DNA from: Psammoneis japonica
Lineage: Eukaryota
Direction: 5' to 3'
NCBI GenBank assembly: GCA_008632985.1
Contig: QPGO01000139.1
Location: forward strand, 1 to 64,000
DNA: 64,000 nucleotides
The position numbers were made by a program, and so were the translations under genes. How positions within the stretch are numbered: position 1 is the stretch's first letter; each line of letters begins with the position of its first letter. The notes beneath the pieces were generated by a model. It had not been told where the DNA came from. It ran no database searches and saw only the letters and a list, made by a program, of their open reading frames with translations. Below are positions 60,041 to 64,000 of this stretch, in pieces.

Positions 60041-62123
60041 GCTCAATGACGACAATGATTGTTCACTGGTGGCAGAGTGTGGGATGATCTGGGCCATGGC
60101 AGTCAGTGCTGGAACAGCTGAGGTGGTGTTGGATGGCATGGTTTTCAAGTGTCATCCCCTCCTGCAGTTGGCACACATGAGGCCAGTCAATTGATGGCTC
60201 ATGCAAAGGAGTGTGTTGGAACATTGAGGCGCAAGGTGGTTTTTGCAGGACAGACAGACAACATTGCAGTGAAAGGGCACACCGGCAATTTTGGATGATG
60301 TGGCAAATTTATGTTTGCAGCTCTTGTTGAGCTGCGGGTCTTTTGCTCACTTTTTAGCTTCTGCACCTGGTCAACATGGCAACAGCACTGGAAATGTGTT
60401 TGCAGGCTGTGTGGCAAGTTTGGGATTGGCAAGACCAAGCACCTGCCAGCCAGCAAGCCACGAAACTTCAACACCAGTCACTCCTCCTCCAAGCCATCTG
60501 TGGGCAACTCCAGCAAAGACAAAGTGCTTTTGGAGCCCTCCTGTGAGACAGTGGTCGAGTGCACAAACACTTGCCCAAATGTTGCCCCCTCTGTCAAGTC
60601 ATCAAAGTTTGCCAAACTTCCCTGCACTGCCAGAGCAATTTGTCAAACAAAAAAGATTGGCTAAGACAGCTCTGTTTGTTGCTGATGAGAGAGTGAAAAT
60701 GACAGCAGCAAGCCGCAATGAAAGAGTGCCACAGCACATGTGCACATGTGACGCAGAGCATGCCATGCTCACCATGCATGCTCTTGTGCTGCATTTTTGC
60801 TGATGCCTTCTGTTGCACTGCCTCTTGCACACAACACCTTTTCTCTTTTGCTTTTTTCCAGAAATCAAGCTGTTGTTGTCAAAGCACAGAGAAAAGACAC
60901 CGCCACCTGCTGGGTGCCTCCTCAACTGGGCAAAACTTGGTCAGTGGAGTCAATCCAAAAAACAGGGTTTTGTTTTTTTTCTTTGTTGTCAAGATGCAGC
61001 AGTAACCCCCCAGCAGTGTCCAAGGTGATGAGAGCACTGCCTCTGATTTGAGCCTCTCTCCTTCTCACCCAGCCGGACTTGTTGCACCACACATGCCACA
61101 TGTTGTTGTTGTGGCGCGACACACGTGGGGAGAGATCACATGCCCTCCCAATTGCTCAAGATTCCTTGAGAATTGCACTGCTTTTTCTTCATCAAGATTG
61201 GCCAAATGATGCTTGGCAAAGCTGCAAGTGGGGTGGGATGAGGTGAGGACTTGTGGCAAGTGCATGCTGCGGGTGCATCACACGCGAAGCGAGCGAGCGA
61301 GGGACAAACCCTTTCAGTTTTTTGAAATCGAGCAAGTGGGGGACTGCAGCATTCAAAAAGCATGGAATTCTCGGATCACACTTTGCCCTGTTGTAAATTG
61401 AAATCACGTGGTGAAAGCATGGCAAAACTGGCAAGTGGCGGAGAGCGCCCAAATGACAATTGGAAGGAAAGCAACGTTGTGTGGAGCCTGTCCCAGACAC
61501 ATGTTCTCTGATGCAAACAGAAACTTTTGCTCAGAATTTTGTTGAAAGAACTGTTTTGGACAATTCCCAAGTTCACCAGGGTGAAGCACGGGAAATCACT
61601 CACCGAGTTGCCACGCAAATCGCCAGCAATTGTCTGGCGATGCTTTGCAATGCTGTGTGGTCAATGCATGACTTCTTTTCCGACACATCGAACTGGCACA
61701 ACTCATTGTCAGATGTGTCAAAGCAAAACTGTCATTTAGCAGAGTGTTCTTCGGTGGTTAAATGTGGTCAGAAGCAGTTGTGGCTTTCCACCGTGCTTTC
61801 GTCGTGGCATCAATTTTATAACACGGTGAAGCATGTACGTAAATTCATACCAGGTTCTACAACAACAGCATGTAGATGAGCACCGGCATTAATGTGCCAC
61901 ATGATGTATTCATGTATGGATGTTTTGTAATAAAATTGATCCCCTGCGGTCTGTCTGTCCCTCTCCCTTCACGCACCACGTACTTATCTGACGAAGGCCA
62001 GACTGCCGGACACGTTGCCGTTGATTTCCTACGTCACAGACCAAAATCTTGGACATCAACTCAAATGAACGAGAAAAGTAGGAGGCAACATCTCGCTCAT
62101 TGTGGCCATCGACAACATCAACG

Positions 62124-63795
62124 ATGAAGGTTTTAAAGGTTGCTACGTTCCTTCTTATCCCAGCCGTGGGGTCGGCTTTCGCCCCCCCGATGCATGGTGT
62201 ACAGGTATGTTGGATTGATGATATTGGCATCGGGTAATTTGGGATTGCGAGATTGATGCTGCACTCCGCATCATCTAGCCCTATTGAGAAAGCTCTTGAA
62301 GTTTGAGGTTTCCTCTTGGAATGAATTGGAAAAGTTTGTTCTCCCCTTTCTTTTTTCCGTTTTCGTTGTCTCACATTGTGGTATCTGATACATTTATGTC
62401 ATGTAATGCAACACGCAACCCAGAGACTATCTCCAAGTGCCAAATTGGTTTCTCCCACAAAAATGGTGTCTTCTCGGCCATCCCTTTCTTCGATGCAAAT
62501 GTCATCTGCTGCGGTAAGTGAATATCGTGGGCCCACTGCCTATGTTTCTGAAGTGACTTTCATACACACAGTGTAGATCAAAACAGTGTACGAAAAGCCT
62601 AATACGTGGTCGTCCCTCCTCCTTTACTACTTCAGGCCGACGGCGAAGAGAAGACCAGTCTTGGCTCCAAAATCTTCAAAGCATACACTAGGACTGCGAG
62701 CATCGCCACAACTCTCTTTCCAATCTGGACCGTCCTTTTCACTGGAATTGCTCTTAAGAAACCAGACTCTTTTGCATGGTTCACCACCGAGTATTTCACG
62801 GCAGGCCTCGCTGCTCTGATGCTTTCCATGGGTATTACCCTTACTCCAGCTGATTTTGCTAAGGTTGCCACTCGTCCAAATGCAGTCGTCATGCAGTTTG
62901 CCCTGTGCTATGCCATGATGCCCTTGCTGGCTTTGGGGCTTGGTACTGCTTTTGGTTTGGACCCTGCTCTTCTTGCTGGGATGGTCCTCGTCGGAAGTAT
63001 CAACGGAGGGCAGGCTAGCAACTTGTGCACGTACATTGCCAAGGGAAATGTCGCTCTCTCTGTACTCATGACGACAGCTACCACCCTTGGTGCTATCTTC
63101 ATGACTCCGTTGCTATGCAAGGGTCTCCTCGGTGCCGTTGTTCCTGTTGATGCTGCAGGCATTGCCATTTCCACCGTTGAGGTTGTTCTTGCGCCAATTG
63201 CTATCGGTATGTTGACAAACAAGTTCTTCCCAAACTTTGTCAAGGCAATTCTTCCCTTTGCACCTGTTGTTGGTGTCGTCTCTACTTGCCTTCTTGTGGC
63301 AAGCGCAGTTGCCCAGGTTGCGGAACCCATTCTCAATGCCGGTATCTCTCTTCAGGTGTGTTGATGGATCTTTTCTTCTCTTTCGTCTTTCGGGCTTCTT
63401 CTCACAAAGGTGGATTTCGTTTCTTGTGTTTAAAGATTCCTGTCCTTTTGTTGCATCTTCTCGGTGGTTTCGTTGGATATCTCCTTCCCAAGTTGACTGG
63501 CTTTAGCGAGGTGTCTTCGCGTACCATGGCAATCGAAACTTCCATGAAATCTTCCGCCTTTGGATTTCTTTTGGCCAAGCTTCACTTTGGCGAATATGCC
63601 GCTCGTGTCCCTTCGGCTGTCAGTGTGGTTTGGATGGCTCTCACGGGCTCCATTTTAGCCGTAATCTGGAGATACATACCCGTCCCACAGAAGCCTTTCG
63701 ACCGTTCGCTCAAGGAGAAGTACCCTCCATTCAACGCTAAGAACGCATGGGGAAAGGTGCTGAAAGCGGTTGGGCTCAAGAAGAAGGATGATTGA
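62124..63795 (+). CDS. Plastid BASS-family Na+/metabolite symporter (BASS2-like); three introns
   Basis: MKVLKVATFLLIPAVGSA-FAP presequence; LMLSMGITLT, GGQASNLCTYIAKGNVALSVLMT, SRTMAIETSMKSSAFGFLLAKLHF, VPSAVSVVWMALTGS. Confidence 0.9.
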
Positions 63796-64000
63796 ATTGC
63801 CATCGCACAGATTGGTGGCGCTACTCACGCGGGAATTTTGATGTAAACAAACAACACAGGTTTCTCTGTGTATTAATAACGCTAGTTGACCAAGAATCAT
63901 GTGATACGAACAAACGCTTTTTTTCTAGAAGAAGCAGTTGAGACCAAACATATGCGGTGAGACACAGAGTTTCATACCCCAGATAAAATCAGGGAAGTCG

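Larger units (their letters stand above)
50800..61850. other. Hypermutated repeat domain B (TpA-free, CpG-poor)
   Basis: Same composition as domain A; contains two satellites, two MITE copies and a gag relic. Confidence 0.92.

Noticed and set aside
60200..61800. Possible DNA-transposon (hAT-like) relic
   Set aside because: Only a vague motif resemblance; a family call cannot be supported by eye.
31505..61850. Hundreds of overlapping Cys/His/Gln/Trp-rich ORFs in all six frames within the two repeat domains
   Set aside because: A by-product of TA depletion, which removes TAA/TAG stops and Tyr codons; not genes and not an alternative genetic code.

Overview
Eukaryotic nuclear DNA, almost certainly a pennate diatom: short GT-AG introns, bipartite ASAFAP-type plastid presequences, and a diatom CoDi-type Ty1/copia element. 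Gene-dense blocks (1-31.4 kb, 45.6-50.5 kb, 62.1-64 kb) carry about 18 genes, including RMI1, a plastid ferredoxin-domain protein, VIPP1, TenA, an amidohydrolase, a POR-like SDR, a CELF-like RRM protein, a halide/thiol methyltransferase, an MLO-EF-hand protein, a sterol desaturase-family protein and a BASS transporter. A young 6.56-kb copia element (347-bp LTRs, GTCGG target-site duplication) interrupts the amidohydrolase. Two sharply bounded repeat domains (about 31.5-45.3 kb and 50.8-61.85 kb) are almost free of TpA and largely free of CpG. The main finding is evidence for a repeat-directed T>C / A>G hypermutation centred on TpA (TA to CA or TG), opposite in direction to fungal RIP. It is visible in the LTR pair, in Tyr>His changes in the copia RT/RNase H motifs (YVDD reads HVDD), in a tandem repeat crossing a domain border, and in the palindrome centres of two satellites. 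Caveat: several homopolymer frameshifts suggest an imperfectly polished assembly, so base-calling artefacts must be excluded.
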